Below are positions 1 to 9,592 of a stretch of DNA of 64,000 nt, piece by piece. The notes under the pieces were generated by a model that worked only from the letters and a program-made list of their open reading frames with translations, searched no databases and was not told the DNA's origin. The stretch's first letter is position 1, and every line of letters starts with the position of its first letter. A program made the position numbers and the translations under genes. Source of the DNA: Syntrophales bacterium (GTDB lineage: Bacteria > Desulfobacterota > Syntrophia > Syntrophales > UBA2210); NCBI GenBank assembly GCA_963666365.2, contig CAXXNF010000002.1:1376001-1440000 (forward strand), written 5' to 3'.

Positions 1-358
1 CGAAAACAACTTTTATCGCCTTATGAGCGTACGCGACGATTACTGGGATCACGGGCCCTGGACTCGTCTGGAAAAATGGGTGGATGGCGAACTGACGGTG
101 CTCGCCCTTTCTCAAGATGCGGCCGACGTATTTCAAAGCGTTGCCAATGACGAGATGGACACAGGCGACATCAATGAATTCAGGATCGAGGCAAACGGAA
201 GCAATATAAAGGCCTATCTGAAAATTTTCAAGGATGGCGTCTGGGGTATAGAACGGCTGATATTCGATGTCACCGACGCCCAGTTTTCATCAGGCAGAAT
301 AGGTGTCTCCACCTATGCCATGTGGTGGGCCTACATTGACTATATCGCCATACAGTAA
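1..358 (+). CDS. 5'-truncated hypothetical protein; C-terminal beta-sandwich/lectin-like (DUF1080/ConA-like) domain
   Basis: Frame is open from position 2 (ENNFYRLMSVR...) to TAA 356-358; ends ...FSSGRIGVSTYAMWWAYIDYIAIQ, resembling the G-x-I-G...D C-terminal pattern of ConA-like folds. Confidence 0.5.
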   Translation, partial: ENNFYRLMSVRDDYWDHGPWTRLEKWVDGELTVLALSQDAADVFQSVANDEMDTGDINEFRIEANGSNIKAYLKIFKDGVWGIERLIFDVTDAQFSSGRIGVSTYAMWWAYIDYIAIQ

Positions 359-362
359 ATAA

Positions 363-408
363 AGGGACACTTCCCTGTTTAATTTCAATTAAACAGGGAA
401 GTGTCCCT
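363..408. repeat. REP/REPIN-like perfect inverted repeat, copy 1; likely also a bidirectional terminator
   Basis: AGGGACACTTCCCTGTTTAATT (363-384) + TC + exact reverse complement (387-408), between convergent genes. Confidence 0.85.
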
Positions 409-1633
409 GTCGCGCTTCACCGACGAGCCCGTCCACAATTGCCTGGAGCCATGCCGTCCCTTCAGCCGCTTCTTTGTCACTGAGGGATTTGATGGCGTCG
501 ATGTAGTGTTCCCCCATTTTATTGTGAAGCACTGCAAGGAAGGCATCACGCTGTTCGGGCGCCACTTCGTCGACGGGATATTTGGAGAACAATTCTTTCA
601 GGCGGGGCCATCCTTCGAGAAAGGCCGTTTTGTGGCGGATGAGGCCATCTTTCTTCTCACCGCCTTCGAGGATACGCTCGGCAACCTCTATGGAGCGGGG
701 CATCTTCTCGGCAAGGGCCTCGAACCGCTTTATCCTCTCTTTCAGCGCCTTTTCAAGCACATCCAGCACGCCCGCATAGAGGGCGCGCCCGAATTCGTCC
801 CTGAAAAAAAAGGGCTGCCGAACCGTGCGATACCACTGGCGGAGGGCAAGAAGATTGCCGACATAGAAGATATTGTTTTCTATCCTTCGCGCCACGTCGC
901 CGTAAAAACCGAAGTGAAAGGGTGTGATCTCACCGGGGGCGTCGGCGCCCTTGACCAGCAGCCCTCCTTCCGGCAGATCCTTTCGAAAGACCGTTCCCGC
1001 CGCGATGACGGCGCCGTAGCCGATACGGGCGGGACCGACCAGACCGCCCTGCCCTCCCAGAAAAACAGGACGCTCGCGAAGCATGACGCCCCTCGGCACA
1101 TCGCCGATGAGCGACGCCGTGGCCTTGTCCTGGTTGGGGGTATAGTTGAAGTGGATATAGGAACTTCCCACCTCGCTGTGATCCTTGCGGCTGGTACCGC
1201 CGGCCATAAGACAATCGCAGAAATTAATCAGGCTTCCCAGCGTGACAAAGGGAAAGAGGATGGTCTGTTTGAGTCCCACCGTATGACTGCCGTTGGCCTC
1301 TTCTTCGAGGAGACAGGCCTCGCGCACCTGGGCGCCGCAGGCCATGTTCGCCCCGTCGAGAAAGACCGATTCCTTAAAATAGCCCCCTTTCAATTCCACG
1401 TCCCGCCCCAGCAGGCAGTTGTCGACAGTGGCGGGGGCTTCCTTCCCCACTTTTGACCCTGCTGAAATTAAGGTCTTTTTCCCGAAGAGTTTTGTCCCGC
1501 TGTGCAGGACTACCCCATCATCGGAAATTCTCTCGATATCCACATCCCCGCCGATTTCCACACTATGAGGAGCGGGAATGGACACCCCTCGCTCCATAAG
1601 TATCCGTACCTTTTCCGATAATCCTTCTGCCAC
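389..1633 (-). CDS. GlmU-related left-handed beta-helix acetyltransferase-like protein (no N-terminal uridyltransferase domain)
   Basis: 414 aa; starts like the GlmU acetyltransferase half (LMERGVSIPAPHSVEIG), hexapeptide repeats, LINFCDCLMAGGTSRKDHSEVGSSYIHFNY and VFLGGQGGLVGP motifs; RBS GGAGG upstream of GTG. Confidence 0.7.
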   Translation of the reverse strand: MAEGLSEKVRILMERGVSIPAPHSVEIGGDVDIERISDDGVVLHSGTKLFGKKTLISAGSKVGKEAPATVDNCLLGRDVELKGGYFKESVFLDGANMACGAQVREACLLEEEANGSHTVGLKQTILFPFVTLGSLINFCDCLMAGGTSRKDHSEVGSSYIHFNYTPNQDKATASLIGDVPRGVMLRERPVFLGGQGGLVGPARIGYGAVIAAGTVFRKDLPEGGLLVKGADAPGEITPFHFGFYGDVARRIENNIFYVGNLLALRQWYRTVRQPFFFRDEFGRALYAGVLDVLEKALKERIKRFEALAEKMPRSIEVAERILEGGEKKDGLIRHKTAFLEGWPRLKELFSKYPVDEVAPEQRDAFLAVLHNKMGEHYIDAIKSLSDKEAAEGTAWLQAIVDGLVGEARQGHFPV

Positions 1634-1657
1634 TGTTCTTTCACGCCTCCTTAGGGA

Positions 1658-1729
1658 AAAAATAGGAACAGGCTCCTATTTTGCCGTTTATTAATTGTGA
1701 GAAAAAAATAGGGAAGTGTCCCTATTTTT
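1658..1729. repeat. REPIN-like doublet, copy 2
   Basis: Left arm AAAAATAGGAACAGGCTCCTATTTT (1658-1682), right arm AAAATAGGGAAGTGTCCCTATTTTT (1705-1729); each arm self-complementary, arms inverted; right arm contains the mnmG TAG stop. Confidence 0.75.
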
Positions 1730-3608
1730 GCTGCTGTTGTTCCAACTCACGTTTTTTTGCATAGATCAGCACGGCGGTAAGGGCCGCCTGGGTCATTCCC
1801 GGGATTCTCTGCGCCTGCCCGATGGAAACCGGCTGTACATCGGAAAGCTTCTTAATCAGCTCGTTCGAAAGGCTGGGGATGCCGCGGTAGTCCATTCCGG
1901 GGGGAATCAGTTTTTGCTCCAGGCTTTTGAATTTTTGTACATCCTCTTCCTGGCGCTTGATGTAGCCCTCGTACTTGGCTTCAATCTCGATCTGCCGCTT
2001 CACTTCCGGATCATCGATATCTTCCCATCCGTCAAAGGCATCAAGATCCGGATAATGCACTTCATTTCGCTTGAGCAGCTGGTAGAGCGTAATGGCGTTT
2101 TTTATGGGGGTCGTATGCATCTGTTCCAGCAGGTGATTTGTCTCGGGAACGGGGTAAATTCTCTTCGTCGAAAGCCCGGCGATCCCTTCCTTGATCTTTT
2201 CGGCTCTCTCTTCGATCTCTCGGCAATACTCCGGCGATACAAGGCCAAGTTCGCAACCCCTTCGCGAAAGCCGGATCGTGGCGTTGTCCTCGCGAAGTAT
2301 CAGGCGGTATTCGGCCCGGGAGGTAAACATGCGATAGGGTTCGTCGACGCCCCGGGTAATCAGATCGTCGATCATGACGGCCATGTAGGCCTCCGACCGG
2401 TCGAGTATGAAGGGAGGGCGCTCCTGAACCGCCAGCGCCGCATTCGTTCCGGCCCACAGTCCCTGGGCGGCGGCTTCCTCATACCCCGAGGTGCCGTTGG
2501 TCTGGCCGGCCAGGTAGAGCCCCTTTATCTTTTTTGTTTCCAGGGTACGGGTCAGCTGTGTCGGCTGGACGTAGTCGTATTCGATGGCATAGGCGTTCCG
2601 CATGATCTGGGCCGCTTCCAGACCGGGAACCGAACGGACCAGTTGCTCCTGGAGTTCCAGGGGAAGGCTGTTGCCCAGTCCCTTTGCATAGATCTCCTCC
2701 GTGTCGAGACCCTCGTACTCCAGAACCACTGGATGGGACGCTTTGTCGGCAAAGCGCATCACTTTATCTTCCAGCGAAGGGCAGTAGCGCGCGCTCACCC
2801 CCTTGATCGCCCCCGAATAGAGCGGGGATAGACGGATGTTATTCTGAATGATCCGGTGCGTTTCCGCACTGGTGGCGCTAAAATAGGAAGGAAGCCGCTC
2901 TTCCCGAAGCCGCTCGGTGGCATAGGAAAAGGGGCGCGGATCGGGATCGCTGTCCTGCCGCTCCAGGACGGAGAAATCGATTGTCGAGGCCCGAAGTCGC
3001 GGCGGCGTCCCGGTTTTCATGCGGCCGATCTCAAAGCCGAGGTCTCGAAGATTTTCCGCGAGTTTGATCGAGGCAATCTCACCGGCCCGTCCCGCCGGCT
3101 GTAGCGATCGCCCGATGTGAATCAGTCCGTTGAGAAAGGTACCCGCCGTAATGATCACGGTTTTTCCGGAAAAGAAAAAACCCGTGCTGTCAATGACCCC
3201 AGTGATGCGACCCCCTTCGACCGCCAGCTCATCCACAAGGCCCTGTCGCAGAAAAAGATTTTTCTGTTTCTCCACTACCGCTTTCATGGCAAGCCGGTAG
3301 AGCTGCTTGTCGCACTGGCACCGCGACGACTGCACGGCTGGGCCCTTGGACCGGTTCAGCAGGCGGAAGTGGCAGGCCGTTTTGTCGGCAATCTTTGCCA
3401 TCTCGCCGCCCAATGCATCCACTTCTTTGACGAGCTGTCCCTTGCCCAGACCGCCGATGGCGGGATTGCAGGACATGAGCGCAATCGAATCGAGGTTGAT
3501 GTTGAAAAGCAGGGTGCTGCACCCCATCCGCGCGGCAGCCAGTGCTGCTTCGCAGCCGGCGTGGCCTGCGCCGACCACTATGACGTCATATTTATGAGAA
3601 GTATTCAT
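1722..3608 (-). CDS. mnmG: tRNA uridine-5-carboxymethylaminomethyl(34) synthesis enzyme MnmG (GidA)
   Basis: VVGAGHAGCEAA, MSCNPAIGG, KTGTPPR, RYCPSLEDK, GTSGYEEAAAQG, EPYRMFTSRAEYRL motifs; 628 aa. Confidence 0.98.
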   Translation of the reverse strand: MNTSHKYDVIVVGAGHAGCEAALAAARMGCSTLLFNINLDSIALMSCNPAIGGLGKGQLVKEVDALGGEMAKIADKTACHFRLLNRSKGPAVQSSRCQCDKQLYRLAMKAVVEKQKNLFLRQGLVDELAVEGGRITGVIDSTGFFFSGKTVIITAGTFLNGLIHIGRSLQPAGRAGEIASIKLAENLRDLGFEIGRMKTGTPPRLRASTIDFSVLERQDSDPDPRPFSYATERLREERLPSYFSATSAETHRIIQNNIRLSPLYSGAIKGVSARYCPSLEDKVMRFADKASHPVVLEYEGLDTEEIYAKGLGNSLPLELQEQLVRSVPGLEAAQIMRNAYAIEYDYVQPTQLTRTLETKKIKGLYLAGQTNGTSGYEEAAAQGLWAGTNAALAVQERPPFILDRSEAYMAVMIDDLITRGVDEPYRMFTSRAEYRLILREDNATIRLSRRGCELGLVSPEYCREIEERAEKIKEGIAGLSTKRIYPVPETNHLLEQMHTTPIKNAITLYQLLKRNEVHYPDLDAFDGWEDIDDPEVKRQIEIEAKYEGYIKRQEEDVQKFKSLEQKLIPPGMDYRGIPSLSNELIKKLSDVQPVSIGQAQRIPGMTQAALTAVLIYAKKRELEQQQQK

Positions 3609-3693
3609 TGGTTACTGCTTCATTTTTTGTCACTTGAATTAAGTTGAGTAGTTTAATATCATCCCCTTTTAAAAGACAAGAAGAAAATGGGTA

Positions 3694-4623
3694 ATGAAAC
3701 CTGAATTCTGGAACAACACAAAACGGTATTACGATCTGAAGAGTTATTTTATCAACACCTTCGGCTGCAAGGTCTATAAGATCCAGATCGACGCCGGATT
3801 CACCTGTCCCAACCGCGACGGCACGCTCGCCAGGGGAGGCTGCAGCTATTGTGACGGCAGGTATTCCAGACTTCGGCAGGCGGGACCGCTTCCTACGGTC
3901 ACGCAGCAGATCGAAGCGGGAAAGGCATTGTACAGCCGGCTGCGAGGCGCAAAAAAATTCATCGCCTATTTTCAGACGGCCTCCAACACTTACGGCCCCT
4001 ACGGGCATCTTAAATCGCTCTATGACGAGGCCCTCTCCCGGGACGATATCATCGGCCTGGCCGTGGGTACCCGTCCCGACTGTATCAGCAATGCCGTGCT
4101 TGATCTTTTCCAGAACTACGCCAGTGAGTATCACATCTGGCTTGAATACGGTCTTCAGTCAATTCATGATCGCACGCTTTCGTTTATCAACCGGGGGCAT
4201 ACGGCGGCGGCGTTTCTCAATGCCGTTGACAGGACGGCGGGACGGGGAATCAATATCTGTGTTCACAGTATTGTGGGGCTGCCCGGCGAAAGCCGCGACG
4301 ACATGCTCGAAACAGCCCGTACCATCGCCCGGCTTCCCATCGACGGCATCAAGATCCATCTGCTCCTGGCGCTTAAGGGAACAGTGATGGGCGATCTCTA
4401 TGAAGCAGGAAAAATCTCCATGATAACAAAGGAGGAGTATGTCGCCACCGTGGCGGACATTCTTGAGATACTTCCTCCTTCCATGGTGGTGCAGCGTCTC
4501 ACCGCCGACGGATACCGCGATATCTATCTTGCTCCGGAATGGGGAAAAAACAAGCTGGACGTCCTCAATTCCATCGACCGCGAGTTGGAACGGCGCGGCG
4601 CCTGGCAGGGAAGCAAACATTAG
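3694..4623 (+). CDS. TIGR01212 (YhcC/YtqA-MnmL) family radical SAM protein
   Basis: DAGFTCPNRDG...GGCSYC, IAYFQ, GTRPDC, LEYGLQS, INRGH, GIKIH, QRLT motifs; 309 aa. Confidence 0.93.
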   Translation: MKPEFWNNTKRYYDLKSYFINTFGCKVYKIQIDAGFTCPNRDGTLARGGCSYCDGRYSRLRQAGPLPTVTQQIEAGKALYSRLRGAKKFIAYFQTASNTYGPYGHLKSLYDEALSRDDIIGLAVGTRPDCISNAVLDLFQNYASEYHIWLEYGLQSIHDRTLSFINRGHTAAAFLNAVDRTAGRGINICVHSIVGLPGESRDDMLETARTIARLPIDGIKIHLLLALKGTVMGDLYEAGKISMITKEEYVATVADILEILPPSMVVQRLTADGYRDIYLAPEWGKNKLDVLNSIDRELERRGAWQGSKH

Positions 4624-4625
4624 AT

Positions 4626-4701
4626 AGGGACACTTCCCTATTTAACTTTCTGAACTGGGAGCAGAAACTTAGGACTTGAAATTAAATAGGGAAGTGTCCC
4701 T
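4626..4701. repeat. REPIN-like doublet, copy 3
   Basis: AGGGACACTTCCCTATTTAA (4626-4645) and exact reverse complement TTAAATAGGGAAGTGTCCCT (4682-4701), 36-nt spacer. Confidence 0.85.
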
Positions 4702-4713
4702 GATGTATAAATA

Positions 4714-6090
4714 ATGAAACCACACATTCTCTCCAAATTACAGACTGCAGGAGAAAATTTCCATGACCTTTATTTCAGGCATGTAAGACGGACGGCGTCC
4801 TATCAATTGATGCCTGCACGACAGGAAGAATTTGAGAAGATTGCAACCGGCCTTATCAATAGTTTATATCCCGTCGATTCTCGAGATTTCTCACCGGACA
4901 ATGCCGTTTTCAAAGAGGGAGGGCCTTATGACGTATTTCTTCGACAGGAAGTCCGGCGATACAGGGACACAGGGTCCTCTCTGGAAGCCCTGCTGGACCT
5001 TTTCAAAACTGTGGTACAGTCCCTGGAACATTGCATTGTCGAACTTGAAGCGCCGGCACAAGAGATTACTGCTGTACTCGTGACCTTGCGAAGACACACT
5101 GATGGTATTGAGAAAAGGCTCGTCGCCGATTGGGGGACCTCAGAAATACCCCATGAGATTGGAAAGCTGAAGCAGTCATACCCATATATGAAGGATCGTC
5201 TCCCCTGTGAACGGGGGACATCAGAACGCCCCCGCGCTCAGACAAATCAGGAAAAGCTGCAAGGCGCAATCTTTCAATCGGTTGGTGAAGGCATTCTGCT
5301 TGTCGATGAGGATCTTGAAATCATCAATGCAAATCAGCGTGCAGCCGAAATTTACGGCATCCCCCCGCAAAATCTGATCGGAATGGATGTGCACATGTTG
5401 TCCGATGAAGCGGGATGGCGAGAACTTGCAGGCATTTTTGATGAACTGGTGGAGGGCCAACGACTCAGTGCCGAGATTGCGGGAATTTATGTTGACGGCA
5501 GAATTATCCCTACTTTCACGACTGTCACGCGCATTGATTATGACGGAAAAAAATTCTGGACCATTATCGTTCATGACACTACCGAGCGCAAAATGATGGA
5601 AACACGGCTTCTTGAGGAAAAACGACAGACCGAAGAAATGAATGTAACCCTCAAAAATGTACTCAATGCCATAGAAAAAGATCGGAGAGATTTTGAAAAC
5701 CGGTTGTCGGCAAGAATCAGGACTGTGATTTTGCCGGCCCTGCAAAAGGCGGAAAGAGAATCCGATGACTATATAAGAAATAATTACCTGCAGCTCCTCG
5801 GTCATGAGCTCGTTGCCCTGACGTCGGGATTCGACACCGAACTGGATGCAGGACTGATCAAGTTGACAAAAACCGAATTGGCCGTATGTCGTCTCATTCA
5901 GGCGGGATGCGCCAGCAAGGAAATATGCGAGGCCATGAATCTTTCTTTTGAAACAATCCTCACACACAGGAAGAATATACGCAGAAAATTGAATCTGCGC
6001 GGAAGAAAGGTGAATCTCCAGGCCTTTCTCTCCGACCGCGTTGTGGAAACCCACAAAGAGAAGGTCGCTGATGATACAGAAAGGGAATAA
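4714..6090 (+). CDS. PAS-domain LuxR-family transcriptional regulator with an N-terminal helical (possibly RsbRD_N-like) domain
   Basis: PAS (IFQSVGEGILLVD...NQRAAEIYG...LIG...VHDTTERK), coiled coil, C-terminal LTKTELAVCRLIQAG-ASKEI-LSFETILTHRKNIRRKL HTH. Confidence 0.88.
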   Translation: MKPHILSKLQTAGENFHDLYFRHVRRTASYQLMPARQEEFEKIATGLINSLYPVDSRDFSPDNAVFKEGGPYDVFLRQEVRRYRDTGSSLEALLDLFKTVVQSLEHCIVELEAPAQEITAVLVTLRRHTDGIEKRLVADWGTSEIPHEIGKLKQSYPYMKDRLPCERGTSERPRAQTNQEKLQGAIFQSVGEGILLVDEDLEIINANQRAAEIYGIPPQNLIGMDVHMLSDEAGWRELAGIFDELVEGQRLSAEIAGIYVDGRIIPTFTTVTRIDYDGKKFWTIIVHDTTERKMMETRLLEEKRQTEEMNVTLKNVLNAIEKDRRDFENRLSARIRTVILPALQKAERESDDYIRNNYLQLLGHELVALTSGFDTELDAGLIKLTKTELAVCRLIQAGCASKEICEAMNLSFETILTHRKNIRRKLNLRGRKVNLQAFLSDRVVETHKEKVADDTERE

Positions 6091-6236
6091 GCGAGGATCG
6101 GTCGACGAAAGTTTGAGCAGTCTCTCTTTACAGTAACCGTTATTTGGGATATAGGCGTGAAAAAATTGTGAAGGGATATATCGGGAAGCATTCTTGAACA
6201 CCATTATGAAAAAGAACGGAGCTGACGAATAGGGAT

Positions 6237-7640
6237 ATGTGGGATGCCGAGTACGATATTATTGTCATTGGATCGGGGTTTGCCGGTCTGGCTGCAGCCC
6301 TTGAGGCACATGAATATTGTCCATCGATAGCTGTACTGGAAAAGATGAGGGTGCCCGGCGGCAATTCCACCATCAGCGGGGGACTGGTTGCAGCTGCGGG
6401 ATCACCCCTTCAAAAGGAACAGGGCATTGAAGATTCGCCGGAGTTGATGCTGGCGGATATGCTGAGAGCAGGGCTGGAACTGAACCACCCTGAGCTCGCA
6501 CGCACCGTAGCCGAGCACTCTTTAGAAGTATTGCGCTGGACGATAGAGGAATTGGGTGTTCAGTACAAACCCACTTTGAGCCACCTGGGAGGACATTCCG
6601 TCCCGCGGACCTACAACACGATCAACACCTCCGGCTCCGGGATTGTCAGACCCATGCTTGCCAAATGCCGCCAATTGGGTATACCCATCCAGTTGCACAC
6701 ACATCTGGAGCATTTCATTGTGGATGAACACAATGTCGTGGAAGGCGTCGAGGTCCGGGAGGGGTACATATTCCCGAATCAGGAAACCGGGACGGTCAAA
6801 AGGCTAAGGGCACGGAAAGCCGTGATTCTTGCAACGGGAGGATTTGCCCAGGACAAAAAATTCCGGTCCGCCCTGAATCCGAGCCTGACGGATGACATAG
6901 AAAGCACGAATCATCCCGGAGCAACGGCGGAAAGTCTCATTGAAGCGATTCGAATAGGAGCGATGCCGATACAGCTTTCCCAGATCCAGCTCGGTCCCTG
7001 GGCTTCAAGGGATGAAGAGGGGTTCGGTGTAGGATCCATGTTTTCAATGCTTGCAGGTTTTCCCTACGGCATCCTGATCGATAAAAAGTCCGGCACGCGC
7101 TTCGTAAACGAGCTTTCGGACCGCAAACTGCTCGTTGACGCCATGCTCACAAGCGGAAGAGAGGCCGTGGCGATTGTCGATTGCAAGGGGGTTCGGTATG
7201 CATCGACACTGGAAAAATGCCTTAAACGAGGGGTGGTGCAACAATTTGAATCATTGGAGGAACTGGCGGTAGAAAATCAGATCCCTCCAGGCGCACTCGC
7301 TCAAACCGTAAAAAAATATAACGAATACGTAATAAAAGGCATAGACGAAGAATTCGGCAAACCTCTGTCTGCGAACCTTTCACCGATTCAATATCCGCCG
7401 TACTACAGTATTCGCCTGATTTCTAAAGTCCACCATTGCATGGGGGGAATACAGATTAACAGCAAAGCCCAGGTGCTTCATATTGCCACACACAGACCCA
7501 TCGGACGCTTTTACGCAGCCGGAGAAATCACGGGAGGCATTCACGGCGCCAGCCGACTCGGCAGCAACGCCATTACCGACTGCCTCGTCTTCGGTCGCAT
7601 CGCAGGACGAAATGCGGCAGGAGAACCCGACCGAAAATAG
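6237..7640 (+). CDS. Flavocytochrome c-type FAD oxidoreductase (FccA/methacrylate-acrylate reductase-like), no signal peptide
   Basis: IGSGFAGLAAA, GGNS, LGGHSVPRT, LATGGF, IQLGPW, RFVNELSDR, HHCMGG, AAGEITGGIHGASRLGSNA. Confidence 0.88.
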   Translation: MWDAEYDIIVIGSGFAGLAAALEAHEYCPSIAVLEKMRVPGGNSTISGGLVAAAGSPLQKEQGIEDSPELMLADMLRAGLELNHPELARTVAEHSLEVLRWTIEELGVQYKPTLSHLGGHSVPRTYNTINTSGSGIVRPMLAKCRQLGIPIQLHTHLEHFIVDEHNVVEGVEVREGYIFPNQETGTVKRLRARKAVILATGGFAQDKKFRSALNPSLTDDIESTNHPGATAESLIEAIRIGAMPIQLSQIQLGPWASRDEEGFGVGSMFSMLAGFPYGILIDKKSGTRFVNELSDRKLLVDAMLTSGREAVAIVDCKGVRYASTLEKCLKRGVVQQFESLEELAVENQIPPGALAQTVKKYNEYVIKGIDEEFGKPLSANLSPIQYPPYYSIRLISKVHHCMGGIQINSKAQVLHIATHRPIGRFYAAGEITGGIHGASRLGSNAITDCLVFGRIAGRNAAGEPDRK

Positions 7641-7916
7641 GGAAGGCGCCACAACAGCCTGCTTTCTTTGCTCTTATCCCCGACAGCAGTAAACTTTTTT
7701 TGTGCACCCTGTCCTTTTCACCATCCGTATCGGGTATATAATAATACCCATTAATACCCCATTCTCTCCCCTGTATATCCTAAATTCTTTCTGGTAGTTT
7801 TCTACCCAATGAAATGAACTGATTCTCATTGCCGATACAACCGCGGCACAGACGTTTGAAAGAATGGCAAGGATGCCCGGGTTTTGTAGAACAGCCCCAT
7901 AAGAAAGGAGAGCGAC

Positions 7917-9557
7917 ATGAAAAAAAGCAGCAAGATAAGCGAATCCGTCAAGGAAACTATGCACACAATGACCTCCCGCAGAGAATTTCTCAAGAAGGGA
8001 ACAACGGCGGGGGCGATTGCCGCCGGCGGTCTGGCAATGACCCTCATGCCGGGAAAGGCAGGCGCACGCACCTATTCAGCGCCCACAAAATGGGACAAGG
8101 AATTCGACATCATCGTAATCGGAAGCGGATTTGCCGGCCTTGCCGCGGCAATTACCGCCAAAGAGGCAGGACAAGATGTGGTTATTCTGGATAAAATGCC
8201 TGTCAACGGAGGGAATTCCATTATTAACGGCGGCCTTCTGGCAGCGGTAAATTCAAAGCTTCAGGCGAAAGAGGGCATCAAAGACTCGGTAGATCTTTAC
8301 GTCAGCGATCTCCTCAAGGCAGGTCGGGGACTCAACCACGTCGAACTGATCAAAATTGTCGCGACCCAGGGTGCCGATCTTCCCGAATGGACGGCGGAAC
8401 GAGGCGTAAAGTGGAATCCGAAGCTTGAACACCTGGGAGGCCACTCCGTACCGCGCACCTACCTTACGACCAATTCATCGGGATCGGGAATCGTTCGACC
8501 GCTGACCGACTATTACAAAACGAAACTGGGCGGCAAGCTGCACACAAAGATAAAGGTCGTCGGCTTCGTCAAAGAAGACACTGATACAAATCCGAACGGA
8601 CGAGTCCAGGGCGTCGTGGTGCGGGAAAATTATAAATTCGATTATAAAGCAACCGACGGAGACAGAAGCAATAGGTCAGGCGAGAAGAAATTCTACAGGG
8701 CCAAAAAAGGCATCGTCGTTGCCAGCGGCGGATTCAGCCAGGATCCCTTCTTCCGAGGCATTCAGGATCCGTCTCTTGCAAAACCGACCAACCAGCTCGA
8801 CAGTACGAACCATCCCGGCGCGACCGGTGAAGTGCTGGAAAATCTGTTTAAAATCGGCGGCGCCCCTGTACACCTGAGTTGGATACAGTCCGGACCCTGG
8901 GCTTCCCCGAATGAAAAAGGTTTCGGGGTAGGCTCGTCCTATCAGATCGCAGCGGGATTCAGATTCGGAATCATGATCGACAAGAAAACAGGCCAACGGT
9001 TCGTTAATGAGCTTGCCGATAGAAGGACCCGAGCACTGGCCATGTTCAAGGTAATCGGTGATCCGAATAAGCCCAACTATCCTTTTTCGATAGCTGACAG
9101 CCAGGAGGGAGTTCTTGCAGCCCAGACGCTGGAAAAGTGCCTGGATAAAAAAGTCGTGCTGAAGTTCGACACCATTGAAGCCGTTGCCGCACACTTCAAT
9201 GTGCCGCTTGCTCCATTCAAAAAACAGCTGGACGAATATAATGGGTATATCCGATCAGGCAAGGATACGCAGTTTGGGAAACCTCTTGATAAAAACATGA
9301 AACCCATTGAAAAAGCCCCCTTCTATGTCATGGAAGGCGTACCCAAAACACACCACACAATGGGCGGCGTGTTAATTAACACCGAGGGTCGGGTGATCGA
9401 AACTGAAACGGGAACACCGATTCCGGGGCTCTATGCGGCGGGTGAAGTTGTCGGCGGACCGCACGGCGCCAGCCGTCTCGGCAGCTGTGCGATCCCGGAC
9501 TGTCTTGTGTTCGGCAGAATTTGCGGAAAAAATGTATCGGAAGAAAAAGCCTCTTAA
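7917..9557 (+). CDS. Tat-exported flavocytochrome c-type flavin subunit (enoate reductase-like)
   Basis: RBS AAAGGAG; twin-arginine SRREFLK plus hydrophobic stretch and AGA cleavage site; same FAD motifs, IQSGPW, RFVNELADRR, HHTMGG, HGASRLGS; no CxxCH. Confidence 0.9.
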   Translation: MKKSSKISESVKETMHTMTSRREFLKKGTTAGAIAAGGLAMTLMPGKAGARTYSAPTKWDKEFDIIVIGSGFAGLAAAITAKEAGQDVVILDKMPVNGGNSIINGGLLAAVNSKLQAKEGIKDSVDLYVSDLLKAGRGLNHVELIKIVATQGADLPEWTAERGVKWNPKLEHLGGHSVPRTYLTTNSSGSGIVRPLTDYYKTKLGGKLHTKIKVVGFVKEDTDTNPNGRVQGVVVRENYKFDYKATDGDRSNRSGEKKFYRAKKGIVVASGGFSQDPFFRGIQDPSLAKPTNQLDSTNHPGATGEVLENLFKIGGAPVHLSWIQSGPWASPNEKGFGVGSSYQIAAGFRFGIMIDKKTGQRFVNELADRRTRALAMFKVIGDPNKPNYPFSIADSQEGVLAAQTLEKCLDKKVVLKFDTIEAVAAHFNVPLAPFKKQLDEYNGYIRSGKDTQFGKPLDKNMKPIEKAPFYVMEGVPKTHHTMGGVLINTEGRVIETETGTPIPGLYAAGEVVGGPHGASRLGSCAIPDCLVFGRICGKNVSEEKAS

Positions 9558-9592
9558 TTTCGTAATGAGCCTCCTTCTCCCTCATTAACCAC

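Noticed and set aside
363..4701. Palindromic repeats read as a CRISPR array
   Set aside because: Copies are dispersed inverted doublets, not direct repeats with regular unique spacers, and no cas genes are present
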